From positions 96,001 through 160,000 of the forward strand of contig CAVSMN010000015.1 of assembly GCA_963729045.1 (NCBI GenBank): 64,000 nt of DNA, given 5' to 3'. Positions 43,599-54,905 of this stretch are shown here, one piece after another. Each line of letters starts with the position of its first letter. Position 1 is the first letter of the stretch. Under the pieces are notes generated by a model, which saw nothing but the letters and a program-made list of their open reading frames with translations, had not been told where the DNA came from and did not search any database. Position numbers and translations under genes: made by a program. Origin of the DNA: an uncultured Nitrososphaeraceae archaeon (GTDB taxonomy: Archaea; Thermoproteota; Nitrososphaeria; Nitrososphaerales; Nitrososphaeraceae).

Positions 43599-46082
43599 TC
43601 AAGTGGTATTTTTCTTGTTGCTATTGCTTGGGATTTTCAAAGGACATTGTGAATTAATACAAAACTCCCATTGGTATCTTTTTCCTTGATTATAACCACT
43701 ACCGGCTATGATAGGCCAACTACATTTTTCACACTTTTTGCCAGTACTTTTTTATTGTACCTTTTTGAGGTAATGGCGATGTAGCCAAGCATTTTGTTGA
43801 TGAATAGTTTGTACAACCTAGCAAATCTTTTTTTTGATTTTATCGCCTTTTTGATCATTAAATTTCCACTCTTGCAAACAGGGCAAGTGCCTAACGTAGC
43901 TAGGGCAGTAGGTTTTCGCGATGGGCTTGTTGTTCTATTTAATTCAAAGGCTAAAGATATTTCTTGGCCAATTTTACTTTCATTGAGATTAAAAGATTGT
44001 ATTGCATCTTTAATTTGGTTTCTTGCCTTTTCTACCACTTGTACACTTGTAGTATTGCCTGATTCAATTTGTTCTAACTGTGTTTCCATGTCTCGTGTTA
44101 GACTCGTTGAAACAATGTTAGGTATGTATTTCTTCATAGAACTTATTATTGCTATTCCAATTTCTGTAGGTCTTAATCCTGATTTTTGGATACCTACATA
44201 TTCAAGTTTGTTTGTTTGTTCCTTTTTATTATTGGAAATAGGAACGCTTTTCGATACCTTTGAATCATAGGTAACGGATTGCTTGGTAGCAGTAGCAGCA
44301 GCAGAGGGTACAAAATTAGTTATATAGTTTCTCTTAAACAATGTACTGATTATTTCAGACCTGGTTGCTTTGGTACCTATTTTTTCCCTTTCCATTTTTT
44401 GTAACAATGTTGATTGATTGTATCTGGGGGGAGGTTGGGTAAATTTTTCTAACAGTTCTATTTTTACATTTTTTAAAATATCGTTTGTTTTTAGAAACGA
44501 TAGTGAGTCCAAATTTACAAAGCCTGATAAATCAAAATAGGGTCTATAGTATTGAATCCATCCTTCAAATACAATTTTTTTCTCCTCTGCCTTAAAAGTA
44601 AATTTGTCTTTAACTGTTATTGTGATAGTAGTTTGACTAGATAATGCCTCCTTCCCAAATGAAGAGAAAAATCTCCTGATTATCAGATCTAACAGTTTTA
44701 ATTCTGTATCTTGAAGATTTTGTTTTGGTTTTTGGCCTGTTGGATATATGGCGGGGTGTGCAGGATCAGTCTCTTTTCCTTCATTTGGTTTAAGGGCCTT
44801 GTTGGCTAACAATTTTGAAGAGATCTCAGAATAAGAAAGAATTGATTTAGTTTTGTTACCATATGAATTATTTTGATGTAAATTATTATCTTGTTTTGAA
44901 ACTGCTTTGATGATTTTTTCATAATTAATTGAAGGAGGCAACTTTTGGCTTGATGTTCTTGGATATGAAATAAGGGCAGCCAGGTATAATTTTTCAGCGA
45001 TTGAAAGGGTGAAACTTGGGGTAAACCTAAAAAGCCTATAGGCTTCTTTTTGAAGGTCTCCAAGGTTAAAGGGAATTGGAGGCTTTATTGATGTTTTTTG
45101 AATATTAATGTCTGTTACTTTACCGAGTTGATTTTTGCAAGAGTTGATTATGTTTTCGGCAGTTGACTTTGAATCGATTTTTTGAGGATAATAATAGGTT
45201 TTGATGATCTGATTACTCTTTATCAAAATCCGCTGTAACATTCCAATAGGGTTCAAATATGTGATTTTCAATTTCCTTTTCCCTTTCTACAACAAATGCG
45301 AGAGTGGGGCCCTGGACTCTGCCTATCGATAATTGTAGATAACCATTCTTCTTTTCTTCTGATGAATCTTTCTTCTTGACGGAATTGGTAAGGGCTCTTG
45401 AAAGATTTATTCCATAAATGAAATCTATCATATGTCGGGATGTCCCTGCATCCTTTAGCTTTTCATTGGGAGGTAACAAATTGTTAAACGATTGTATTAT
45501 TTCTTCATCTGTAAGTGATGAAAATTTGGCTCGCTTTGAAATAGAGTATTTGTTGTTACACGCGTGCTCTAGTATGTTGTACCCTATGACTTCTCCTTCT
45601 TGGTCATAATCGCAGGCATGGATAAAGCCTGCAGCATTTTTAGATATTTGAGAAATTTCCCTTAATATTTTCTCAATCTTGAAAGCCAAAAATTTTGAAC
45701 CTGATCCTTTACTTTTTAGTATGGACAATGGTAACCATGTTGGATCAAGAACTGGGAATGCTTTTTTAGGTCCTTTATTAGAATCCGACAGTCCGTATAG
45801 ATGCCCTAATGCATGACAGATGATATAATTTTGACCATTCATCCCCCTAATAGTAGTAAATAATGTGGAAGATGTAGGTGGTGATGGTGAAAGTGTTGAT
45901 GATGATCTATTTTTTTGTTCTTGGTCTAAAGATTTGTCTGAATAATTATTATTGTGATGGTGATAATGCTGTACTGAGTGCTTGTGCAATTCGTTTTGCA
46001 ACAGAAGGTTTTTCACATATTACAACTATGGATTTATTTGCGATAGGAAAAGCACCAACCTGTGTAAATTATTAGGTTTCAT
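43599..46082 (-). CDS. topA: Type IA DNA topoisomerase with C-terminal Zn ribbons (about 5 frameshifts)
   Basis: CEKPS, GHL, DYDQEGE, GRVQ.PTL, ISYPRT catalytic Tyr, AHPAIYPT, IGT.ATR; CxxC ribbons. Confidence 0.9.
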
Positions 46083-46183
46083 TTCTTTTATAAATACCGG
46101 TTATTAGTTTATTGATAAATAAAATTACTAATTTATTAATAAAGATAGGTGATAACCCTTCCTTAAATCATCAAGAAAGTTTT

Positions 46184-46771
46184 CTATCTCCATTTCCAGA
46201 CCTTGGTAAGACCATTTCCCTCAGGGTCTACTGTTTTCTTGTAAATGCCAAATAAATTATCAAATTGTGTATAAAGTGAGTCTGTTGAATTCGAGGATAA
46301 GCTTGTAGAATTTGCTGAATTCATTTTGAAAGGCAAGTGGAAGACCATTATCCCACTATCTGAGAAACTTCCATCAGGATTGTAGTTACCTATTGATTCA
46401 GATCTGTAAGTTATGACTTGACCTGATGCTGTCAATATTATTGCTTGACCTTTAGAGGAAACTGTCCCATCATTATTCATCTTATCTACTATTGTACCTA
46501 TAGTTTGGGTTGGCGCTCCACCAATAGTACTGTTACCAGTATAAGTAACTTCAACAGTTGGAATGGGATCAATACTTGATACTTTAATGTTTGTTGATTT
46601 AGTATTTTCTGTATAAAATGGACTACCTAGTATATCGTAGTCATCCATGGTTGATAGATTAGAGTTAGAACTGTTTGCTTCTAAGGAACCAGTTTGACCA
46701 AAAGTGGATGATACGGCTGAAACTGACTCTATTATCATGAAAGAAGCCAATAGAAATACTACTAATAACAA
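46184..46771 (-). CDS. Secreted hypothetical beta-rich protein
   Basis: Signal peptide, S/T/N-rich, ends KVWKWR. Confidence 0.7.
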   Translation of the reverse strand: MLLVVFLLASFMIIESVSAVSSTFGQTGSLEANSSNSNLSTMDDYDILGSPFYTENTKSTNIKVSSIDPIPTVEVTYTGNSTIGGAPTQTIGTIVDKMNNDGTVSSKGQAIILTASGQVITYRSESIGNYNPDGSFSDSGIMVFHLPFKMNSANSTSLSSNSTDSLYTQFDNLFGIYKKTVDPEGNGLTKVWKWR

Positions 46772-46982
46772 GAAACAAAGATATTCTTCTTAATGAATCA
46801 CTTAACATTGTACATTTAGTTTCTGATTCAATCATTATAGAAAAATCATATTAGGAAAATATAAAGGTTTAAGGAACTTCTTTTTACCTAATCACGTCTA
46901 TACCACATTGCTTGCCCTAATTATTGACCTAGGTCCTAATTTAAGTAAATATATTACGAATCCTTACCAGACGTTGACATAT

Positions 46983-49751
46983 TCATGAAATGGATCTTGA
47001 TTCAGAATTAATTAACAAGGGTTTGCTTGCCCATGTATGTATCCATTCTCTCACGATGTTTGCACTGTGTTCAGCCTTTCTTCTGACAAATCCGTCTAAA
47101 TCATTTTTTGCGACATCTATAAGCACTTCAATAGTTTCATACGTTCTCTTATCCGGTATAGTGTGAAATTTACCGTCTTTATCTGCCAGTGCAGAACATG
47201 CATTTATCTTTATCTTTCGTCTATCATCTCTTAACAAATCCTTAAGTCTGTTAAAGACCGCCTGGTTCATAGCACTGGTGTCGGCGTTTGCTGTGTCATT
47301 CTTGTTGATCAAAAACTTGGCCAAATTTGATGTCGCTTTTGCTCTAATAAAGTAGTCCTTTGATTCGAGTGTATTCTCTAGAAAAAAATGAGCTACCTCA
47401 ATGTTTATCTTGTAATCTCTATCCGTTGCTAACTCTTTTAGTCCTTCCAGAGCCCCAGTGGCTAAAACGCTTTGAAAGGTATCTGTTCCTTCAACAAGGT
47501 TTTTTAAAAGGGAAATTACTTGGACTTTATTCTCTATCGACTCTAAGTCCTTGCTGCTTTTTCCTAGTGCCGTTGCGGCGGAGGATTTTACAAAATTACT
47601 TTCGTCATTGGATTTGTGAATTAGATCTTTAAGCAGACTAATTGATTCAACTCTTTCAAATGTCCCAATATTTCTTATAATTGCTTTTTTGGTCTCTGAT
47701 CGTAAAGCATCAAAGGTTGATTTATTATTTAATATTGAAACTAAACACTGATATGAATTATCAGATTTTTCATAATCATTTTTATCATAAAAAGAACCAA
47801 TTGTATTAGTAGCCTCAACGGCTACTCCGTAAAATTTGTCCTGAACAATAGCATCGTATAATGCTCTAATTCCATCTTCTGAATATTGATTCTTAAGTAA
47901 TCTTATGGCGTTAATTCTTTCTATAATGGTTTCTCCATATTTCATCTGATTATAAAGCAGTCTTTTTAATTGAAAGTCTCTGGTTTCATTTACTACTTTA
48001 ATGGAACTTATTTCTTTTAGAATCTTAAACTCTGGATCAATGGATATGGATTCAATATTTGAATTATTGTCTATCTCAACAAACAACTCTGAATCATTAT
48101 TATCCACATTCATTATATGCACCAGGTGACTTTTTTGTCCCGATTTATCTACAATATTTATTTTAAATTCCAATTGAAATTGATAATATCTAGAGGAATC
48201 TTCATAGCTTTCATAATTGTTTTTCTGTAGGGTTTTGATTTTTAACTTTTGAGAATTTATACTATCTTTCTCTATTAAATTATTACGTGTCAGAGTGTAC
48301 TCAATTTCCAATTTAGGATGACCTTCTCTGTAAATCCATTGATCAAAAAATGATGCCATTTCTCTACCTGAGACTTCTTCAAGTACTTTGAGTAGGTCAA
48401 GTGAATCAGCCGATCTATTCTGGTATTTTTCCAAATAGACTTTAAGTGATTTTCTAAAATTCTGCTCTCCTATATGATTTCGAATCATATGGAGGATAAA
48501 ACCTGATTTTTCATATGAATGGGCATCAAACAAATCGTCTACATGTTTATATATATTAGTAACAATTGGTCTGTCATAGAGTTTATTTGATTCATCAAAA
48601 TAAATATCTGTAGCTTCTATCAAGTTATAGTGGAATTCATCTTTTCCCCGAGAATTTTCCCAATACAAAGATTCACAATAAGTAGCAAATCCTTCATTTA
48701 ACCAGATATGAGGCCAATCCTTGCAAGTAACCATATCTCCAAACCATTGATGTGCAAGCTCGTGAACCACCAAGAAGATATCATTTCTATAGTCTCTAGA
48801 AGCTGTCTTATCATGCAAAACTCTTCTAGTCAAGGTAGTGCAGGTGGTATTTTCCATACCTCCAAACTCAAAATTATCAACCGCTGTCTGTGAGTATTTT
48901 TGAAAAGGGTAATTAGTTTCGAAATATTCTTCAAAGAATTTTAACATTTGCGGAGTCTCAGAAAAAGTTAACATGGCATCTTCTTCCTTGATTTCCTCTG
49001 GCCAGTAATAGTAGAGGGAAACGTCCCTATATTTTGATTCATATTGTGAAAACGTGCCTACCACAACCGAAACAAGGTAAGAAGGAAGGGGTTTCTTTTC
49101 AACATACTTCCAAATTACATATTCATCTTTCATAACTTTTGATTCTAATAATCCATTTGAAATTACCATATACCCTTGTGGTGCGGAAATTTCGATATCC
49201 AAAGTAAATTTGACTTGAGGTGTATCAATAGACGGAAACCAGTAGCGTGATTCAGCTGCTTCACCTTGTGTCCAAGCTTGGTACGATGGAGATTGTTTAT
49301 CTTGATTACCCTTCGTAATAAAGTGAAACCCAGTTTTTGGAGGACCAAATTCTTCTTTGCCTTCAATAATGGTATAGCCGGCAGAATATGAAATATCTAT
49401 AATGATGGTACTTCCGGCTCTAAATTGTTCTAAAAATTCTATAACAACTTGTTTGTTATCAACGCATCTAAATTTTGAAATATTGATAGACTGTGAATTT
49501 ACCTTTGTAACTTTTAAATCAGAAATATCTAACACGATTTCTGATAAATCATTAAAAGCTCTTATCGTTATTTGCTGTTCGCAATCAATAAGAATATTGT
49601 TCACAAGATCTGGCTTTATCTTTAATGACATATGCTCAATGGTGTAGGACAGGAAGGGAATAGCGTGGATTTTACTTCCAGGAAATGCAAACCTTTTTTT
49701 TTCTGACTCTTTTTTTTCCCTTTCAACAGAATTTTTATTAAATTGTATCAT
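46983..49751 (-). CDS. pepN: M1-family aminopeptidase with C-terminal HEAT-like repeats
   Basis: GGMEN, HELAHQWFG...NEGFA, YEKSG. Confidence 0.93.
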   Translation of the reverse strand: MIQFNKNSVEREKKESEKKRFAFPGSKIHAIPFLSYTIEHMSLKIKPDLVNNILIDCEQQITIRAFNDLSEIVLDISDLKVTKVNSQSINISKFRCVDNKQVVIEFLEQFRAGSTIIIDISYSAGYTIIEGKEEFGPPKTGFHFITKGNQDKQSPSYQAWTQGEAAESRYWFPSIDTPQVKFTLDIEISAPQGYMVISNGLLESKVMKDEYVIWKYVEKKPLPSYLVSVVVGTFSQYESKYRDVSLYYYWPEEIKEEDAMLTFSETPQMLKFFEEYFETNYPFQKYSQTAVDNFEFGGMENTTCTTLTRRVLHDKTASRDYRNDIFLVVHELAHQWFGDMVTCKDWPHIWLNEGFATYCESLYWENSRGKDEFHYNLIEATDIYFDESNKLYDRPIVTNIYKHVDDLFDAHSYEKSGFILHMIRNHIGEQNFRKSLKVYLEKYQNRSADSLDLLKVLEEVSGREMASFFDQWIYREGHPKLEIEYTLTRNNLIEKDSINSQKLKIKTLQKNNYESYEDSSRYYQFQLEFKINIVDKSGQKSHLVHIMNVDNNDSELFVEIDNNSNIESISIDPEFKILKEISSIKVVNETRDFQLKRLLYNQMKYGETIIERINAIRLLKNQYSEDGIRALYDAIVQDKFYGVAVEATNTIGSFYDKNDYEKSDNSYQCLVSILNNKSTFDALRSETKKAIIRNIGTFERVESISLLKDLIHKSNDESNFVKSSAATALGKSSKDLESIENKVQVISLLKNLVEGTDTFQSVLATGALEGLKELATDRDYKINIEVAHFFLENTLESKDYFIRAKATSNLAKFLINKNDTANADTSAMNQAVFNRLKDLLRDDRRKIKINACSALADKDGKFHTIPDKRTYETIEVLIDVAKNDLDGFVRRKAEHSANIVREWIHTWASKPLLINSESRSIS

Positions 49752-50015
49752 ATCTTATTTCTTTTGTCATTTACCAGTAAGCGCTTATTCAAACATAAGT
49801 CTATTGAAATTAGAACGAACTAAGATTTTGAAAATGTGGTCATTTAGTGTTTGTTTGGGGGGCTGACCTTTCTAGTTTACTTTTCAACCCTTTGCTTGTC
49901 GGCGACCTCCATTCATCTAAATCCTCGCACATATCAACAACTTTTAGATGATTCATAATGGAAAGGCTTTGCATAGGAGCACTTGATTTTTAAATGATTG
50001 TTTGGTGATTAACTA

Positions 50016-50774
50016 GTGCTAAACATTTTTGATTTAGCAAATAATGGCCTTCCTTATCCACTCACAAAGGACATTCTTATTTTGTACAAGCAAGTGAGCA
50101 AGCAATATTTGGATAAGGCTCTACTTGAATCCATTAGGATGTTAGTGCCAGTCAAAATTAGAACCGAATTTGATATGGCAGTCGATGGAAACGTAAACTT
50201 GATGATACCTATGGCATTGCTGCTTAATTGGTTTAAACAGGATTTTATGAAATGGATGGACAAGAGCCCAGTATGTCCATCATGCAACTTATCATTGAAT
50301 CTCAGATATGTAAAAGGCAATTCTTGGATAGTAAGAGGTGTAGAGTATCATGAATGCCCTAAATGTTCATTTACAGTGGTGTTCCCTCGATATGGCGAAA
50401 TAGAAAATATAGCTTTTAATCGAGTCGGTAGATGCAGTGAATGGACGTTTCTATTTGGGGCTATACTTAGTTCTTTGTCGGTACAATCTAGAATAGTTCA
50501 TGATTTTCTCGATCACTGTTGGAACGAAGCTTTTATTGAAGGTAAATGGATTCATGTGGATTCAACTCTTGAATATCCCATTTCAATCAACCATCCTAAT
50601 TATTATGAAAAAAATTGGAATAAAAAATATCAATACGTGCTAGCGTTTTCAAATACTGAGATAACAGACGTTACAAAAAATTATTCTTTTAATTGGAAAA
50701 CTATCTTTGAACAAAGAAAAAAGCGAAAGAATAGTGATATGTCTAGAATCATAAATTGTTATGAAAAAATATGA
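50016..50774 (+). CDS. Peptide:N-glycanase (Png1/NGLY1)-like transglutaminase-fold protein
   Basis: WFK.DFMKW, CPSC, CPKC, FPRY, GRCSEW, DHCW.E, WIHVDS, W.KK..YVLAF...DVT. Confidence 0.85.
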   Translation: MLNIFDLANNGLPYPLTKDILILYKQVSKQYLDKALLESIRMLVPVKIRTEFDMAVDGNVNLMIPMALLLNWFKQDFMKWMDKSPVCPSCNLSLNLRYVKGNSWIVRGVEYHECPKCSFTVVFPRYGEIENIAFNRVGRCSEWTFLFGAILSSLSVQSRIVHDFLDHCWNEAFIEGKWIHVDSTLEYPISINHPNYYEKNWNKKYQYVLAFSNTEITDVTKNYSFNWKTIFEQRKKRKNSDMSRIINCYEKI

Positions 50775-51287
50775 TTTTTAATTACTTATCCATTCTTTTA
50801 TCACGGAACATGGTTCAAATTCATAGGTGATAGTCTTTCTTAATGATGATCCCTCATTTTTATATTTTTCAAAGTCTGAGAAATTATTCTGATTTTATGC
50901 TCTCAAGCACATCAACATTATGTTTGGTTCATCGGATTGATTCTCAAAATCATTTAATCATTTTTTCTAAAATTATCATCAAAGACTGATCTCCAGTAGC
51001 CTATTTGAGGGTTTCACTCACAATTCCAAAGCTACCTTTTTCCTAAGTTGTAAAATCTGTTTATTTTTATAGTAGATACCTCCAAGCCCTTGAATCTTTT
51101 TACCAAATTTCGGATTACCGCATCTTCTTTGGTCATAGCTACATAACTGATCAATTAAGAATTGATGTCACGTAGATGATAATGAATTTCTCAATTTTGA
51201 TGTATTTTCAATTAATCTACTAAAATAGGTAGTATGGGGACAATCTGAGATTATTAGAATTCACAAAACTTATCAGGTTCTTTTCTA

Positions 51288-51743
51288 TTATTTTTGCTTT
51301 TTTCTATTTGCATTAAGAAATTCTTCTAGTCTTTCTAGCGTTTCGGAATGTAGGTGATGCTCTATGCCCTCGGCATCTGAGTTTGCAATATCCTCTCTCA
51401 CACCTATGAAAGTAAAGAACTCTGTCAATAATTCATGCTTTCTTCTAATATTTTGGGCGACATTTGTCCCTTGTTGGGTTAATCGAACACCTCTGTATTT
51501 TTCATATTCTAAATATCCTGTGGTATCTAATCTTCTCATCATCTTGGTAACACTAGGGGCCGAGACATTCAAACATTCGGTAATATCAACACTGGTAGCA
51601 TATCCTTTTTGTTGGACTAGTTCGTAAATAATCTCAAGATAGTCTTCCATCCTATCTGTACGTTCCTTTCTCTGTGAACTATTGACCTTTTTAATAGAGT
51701 CGATTATTGTGTTTTCTCCAAAAGATGAAGTATTATTTGACAC
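51288..51743 (-). CDS. mntR: DtxR/MntR-family metal-dependent repressor (two-domain)
   Basis: EDYLE.IY, VSAPSVT.M, RKH.LL, DAEGIEHH. Confidence 0.92.
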   Translation of the reverse strand: MSNNTSSFGENTIIDSIKKVNSSQRKERTDRMEDYLEIIYELVQQKGYATSVDITECLNVSAPSVTKMMRRLDTTGYLEYEKYRGVRLTQQGTNVAQNIRRKHELLTEFFTFIGVREDIANSDAEGIEHHLHSETLERLEEFLNANRKKQK

Positions 51744-51750
51744 TTTCTAG

Positions 51751-51784
51751 TTCACCTAGTTAGTTATATAGAAACCAAGGTTTG
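51751..51784. promoter_or_regulatory. Paired palindromic boxes flanking TATA upstream of mntR (putative autoregulatory operator)
   Basis: TTCACCTAGTTAG-ttatata-GAAACCAAGGTTTG; same architecture as 54871-54905. Confidence 0.6.
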
Positions 51785-51810
51785 ATAAAAAACTTTGCAA
51801 GACCATCACA

Positions 51811-53502
51811 CTACACCAGCAATCCTGTTATGTACATTATTAGCAATCCTATGATAAAGCCTGCTATTATTGCCGCACTGGGACTTTTCTCCTGGGAAGC
51901 TAGTAATTTCATTCCGGATCTAGCAGTTTTTTCTCCAAAATCCCCACTTTTGGCGTTGTCAGTCTTACTACTTTGCCTTAATGATTTACTCATCCAGACT
52001 GCGAGGGCATAAACAACCTGAAATATTGCACCTGCTCCAACCGACAAAAATATGATTGAAGCTAATGGGGAATATACAAATCCGCCAATCCAGGTACCTA
52101 AAATAGTAGGAACTCCTGCAATAAGTCCCATTGCAATTAATCGTCTTATCATTAACTTTCCTGTTTTTGCAAGGGGTGCAACGATAGCCAGTCCTTCTGT
52201 TGTATTATGTATTGTAAAGCCGATGATCAAAAAGGTGCTAAGTGCAATTTCACCCAGTAAAACTGCTGCTCCTATTGCCAAGCCCTCTCCGAAATTATGT
52301 AGGCCAATTCCTATTGCAACCATTAGAGATAGAGTAAGTGGCTTGATGATTTCACGCTTATCAATCAATCGGGTCAGTTTTTCTTCTTCTTCTCCTCTTT
52401 TCTTCTTCTCTTCCTTATCCTCTTGTTCATTTTGTGCTAGACCTATTGTATCATTTGAAAGCCGATTTGTCAGGGATATTGATGAAACCGTTGTTTTAGA
52501 CAGGGGTTTGACTGGGGATTTTAGAGAATTATTTTGAGCACTCAAATGATTTGTTTCATTTTGCGCTTTCTCCTCTTTTTCATATTCATACGATAACTTT
52601 GACTCTGCTCTCTTGCCGAAATATTCTGAGAGATAAAATAGTCCGAGGAAAGTCGCAATGATTATGACTGGTATTAAAAGTTGGCCATTAAATGTTGCAG
52701 CTAAATTATTCGCAGCTATTTCGTTACTTTCTAAAAATGCATCAATACCCAAGAATACCAGCAAACCTGCGGTCAAACTCAGAAAGAAATTATACTGATT
52801 TCTTGTTATTTTCCTCAGAAACGGATACCATGCAAGTCCAATTAGTACTGGTATCACACCTACGAATATTCCCAGCATCGCAAATACTGAGAACTGATTG
52901 ATGTTTGGAATTGGAGCAGGAGCAGCAGCCTCAATGACCTTGCTGAATCTTGTCCCGTCCGAAGTAGTTATGCCTACTTCATAAGGTTCTGCTGTGTTCC
53001 AAAAAAAGGGTATTATGACTTTAGCTTCTGAAAGCCTTGGCAATACCTGAGAGGGTTCAATCGCAGCAGATTGTATCCTATCATTAATGTCTGCTTGAGA
53101 AATCGTAACTTGCTCGGGACCCGTATTGCGGATAAAAGCCACCACTTGATTCTGATGAAATTCTACTTTTTCTATAGTTACTTCTGGTAGGGGAACACCA
53201 GTGTTTATCAAGTTTTGACCATATGGGCTAGAAAGAAAATAAATCATACCTGCTAGGATGATCAGCGGTGTAACGGCTAGAACTAATGAAGCAATTTTTC
53301 TTCTTTTTCCTTTGGATGCTTTTGTGTTTGCATTATCTGCGTTGATACCAATAGTGGTTGGCTCTTCTGCATCTGTAATATCTGGTTTACTTTGACTTTG
53401 TCCTTTGATACTGTCAATAGTGTTGGTGGTGGATGTTTTATTTTCCTCGTTCATCCCTAATTCTTCATCCTTTGCTGCTTTTTCTAATTTCTTATCTTTC
53501 AT
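51811..53502 (-). CDS. ZIP-family divalent metal transporter with N-terminal extracellular domain
   Basis: GLHNFGEGLAIG, HNTTEG; multiple TM helices. Confidence 0.92.
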   Translation of the reverse strand: MKDKKLEKAAKDEELGMNEENKTSTTNTIDSIKGQSQSKPDITDAEEPTTIGINADNANTKASKGKRRKIASLVLAVTPLIILAGMIYFLSSPYGQNLINTGVPLPEVTIEKVEFHQNQVVAFIRNTGPEQVTISQADINDRIQSAAIEPSQVLPRLSEAKVIIPFFWNTAEPYEVGITTSDGTRFSKVIEAAAPAPIPNINQFSVFAMLGIFVGVIPVLIGLAWYPFLRKITRNQYNFFLSLTAGLLVFLGIDAFLESNEIAANNLAATFNGQLLIPVIIIATFLGLFYLSEYFGKRAESKLSYEYEKEEKAQNETNHLSAQNNSLKSPVKPLSKTTVSSISLTNRLSNDTIGLAQNEQEDKEEKKKRGEEEEKLTRLIDKREIIKPLTLSLMVAIGIGLHNFGEGLAIGAAVLLGEIALSTFLIIGFTIHNTTEGLAIVAPLAKTGKLMIRRLIAMGLIAGVPTILGTWIGGFVYSPLASIIFLSVGAGAIFQVVYALAVWMSKSLRQSSKTDNAKSGDFGEKTARSGMKLLASQEKSPSAAIIAGFIIGLLIMYITGLLV

Positions 53503-54859
53503 TATCTAGTTGCTCCTTGGCTTGGCTTGGCTTGGCTGAGTTTGCACCGTACTGATAGGAAGAAATTACATCATTTGGATTGTTAGTATGTTGTTGGTTG
53601 TTATGGAGTGAGTTCTTATCAAGCTCATAGGAAGTGTGGTTATATACCATATTATTATTTTCTAAATCCGTATTCTTTACACCATTCTGACTAGAATCTG
53701 CTACGAGATAGGATTGATTGTTGGGAATAGATGCATTATTTGGGTTTTCTGCACTATTGCTCCTCAGATCAGCGTCATTTTTATCGTCTTGGCTGTTATC
53801 TATCACTTTGAACATACCCATCCAACCCTTTTCTGCAAATTCTGTTTTATGAGCGTGGAACATGTAATTTCCTGGATATTTATACTTGAATTCTAAGATA
53901 CCTCTTTCTCCTTGACTCATAGTTACGATGTCATTTAGCTCCGCAGGAGTTTGACTGGTTCCACTTGGATAATAGTTAAACATGTTAGCGTGCAAATGAA
54001 AGTTGTTTATTGGATCAAACTCTAGCATATTGACGAGATAAATTCTTGTTAGCTCATCCTTTTTGATCTCTATTGGATTGTGCATATAGAAATATGGAAT
54101 TCCATTTACAGTGTAAAAGTTATTTTCCGTGTCAAAGTCGGTATCATAACCATTCATAACCATGACCATTTCATCTGCCTGAGGTCTTGGAGTCTTTGGA
54201 TCAATAATCATCACACCATATAGTCCATGTGTTATATGTTCTTCTAGAGGTGTCATGTGACAATGGTATGGATAAACACCAAATGGTTCAGCCGTAAATT
54301 CATACGTGAACTTGCCCTTTGGGCCAATCATGTCAAAAACCCCGTCCATCTCTGCTGGATGAATTCCGTGGGTGTGCAGTGAATGAGGTTTTGAACCGTT
54401 ATTTATGAAATTGATCTTTAGGTGATCACCTTCTGTAGCTCGAATTGTCGGGCCAGGTATTGTGCCATTGTACGTCCATACATTGTAAAAAACCCCTGGT
54501 GACACTTCTTTTATTTCCGAATCCGAAGCAATTAGTGTGTATTCCCTTAGTGTGGTTCCATTTGGATATTTTGATACGTGTCCATAATTGAATTCACGTA
54601 AATATTGATTCGGATCTACTACTGCATTTTTTGAGTTGCCAGGAATAGAAATTGGATCTAGTATGTCTCCAGTTGATCTGAACACAGGATAGCCTGGAGT
54701 ATGACTTCCGATCATTTTCCTATTGTCGGTCGAGTTTTGAGCATGGGTATCAAAAGATGGATTTAATGGGTTAAGCAGGTAGGTAGACATAATCAAAGCT
54801 ACCGTAATTACAAATACAATTGAAAAAAGGGGCAATGCCAATCGCCTAAAATTTTGCAT
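53492..54859 (-). CDS. Two-domain multicopper oxidase, membrane-anchored or secreted
   Basis: HSLHTHG, YHCH...HI..GLYG, FHLHAN, MFHAH. Confidence 0.92.
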   Translation of the reverse strand: MQNFRRLALPLFSIVFVITVALIMSTYLLNPLNPSFDTHAQNSTDNRKMIGSHTPGYPVFRSTGDILDPISIPGNSKNAVVDPNQYLREFNYGHVSKYPNGTTLREYTLIASDSEIKEVSPGVFYNVWTYNGTIPGPTIRATEGDHLKINFINNGSKPHSLHTHGIHPAEMDGVFDMIGPKGKFTYEFTAEPFGVYPYHCHMTPLEEHITHGLYGVMIIDPKTPRPQADEMVMVMNGYDTDFDTENNFYTVNGIPYFYMHNPIEIKKDELTRIYLVNMLEFDPINNFHLHANMFNYYPSGTSQTPAELNDIVTMSQGERGILEFKYKYPGNYMFHAHKTEFAEKGWMGMFKVIDNSQDDKNDADLRSNSAENPNNASIPNNQSYLVADSSQNGVKNTDLENNNMVYNHTSYELDKNSLHNNQQHTNNPNDVISSYQYGANSAKPSQAKEQLDNER

Positions 54860-54870
54860 AATCTATATTA

Positions 54871-54905
54871 CTTAACTAGGTTAATAAATGTTAACCTTGG
54901 TTAAG
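54871..54905. promoter_or_regulatory. Paired palindromic boxes over the MCO-ZIP-mntR promoter (putative DtxR/MntR operator)
   Basis: CTTAACTAGGTTAA-taaatg-TTAACCTTGGTTAAG, 12-46 nt upstream of the MCO ATG. Confidence 0.7.

Noticed and set aside
51032..51136. 34-aa minus-strand ORF MTKEDAVIRN...LGKR as a ribbon-helix-helix remnant
   Set aside because: Resemblance is too weak and the downstream frames are interrupted.
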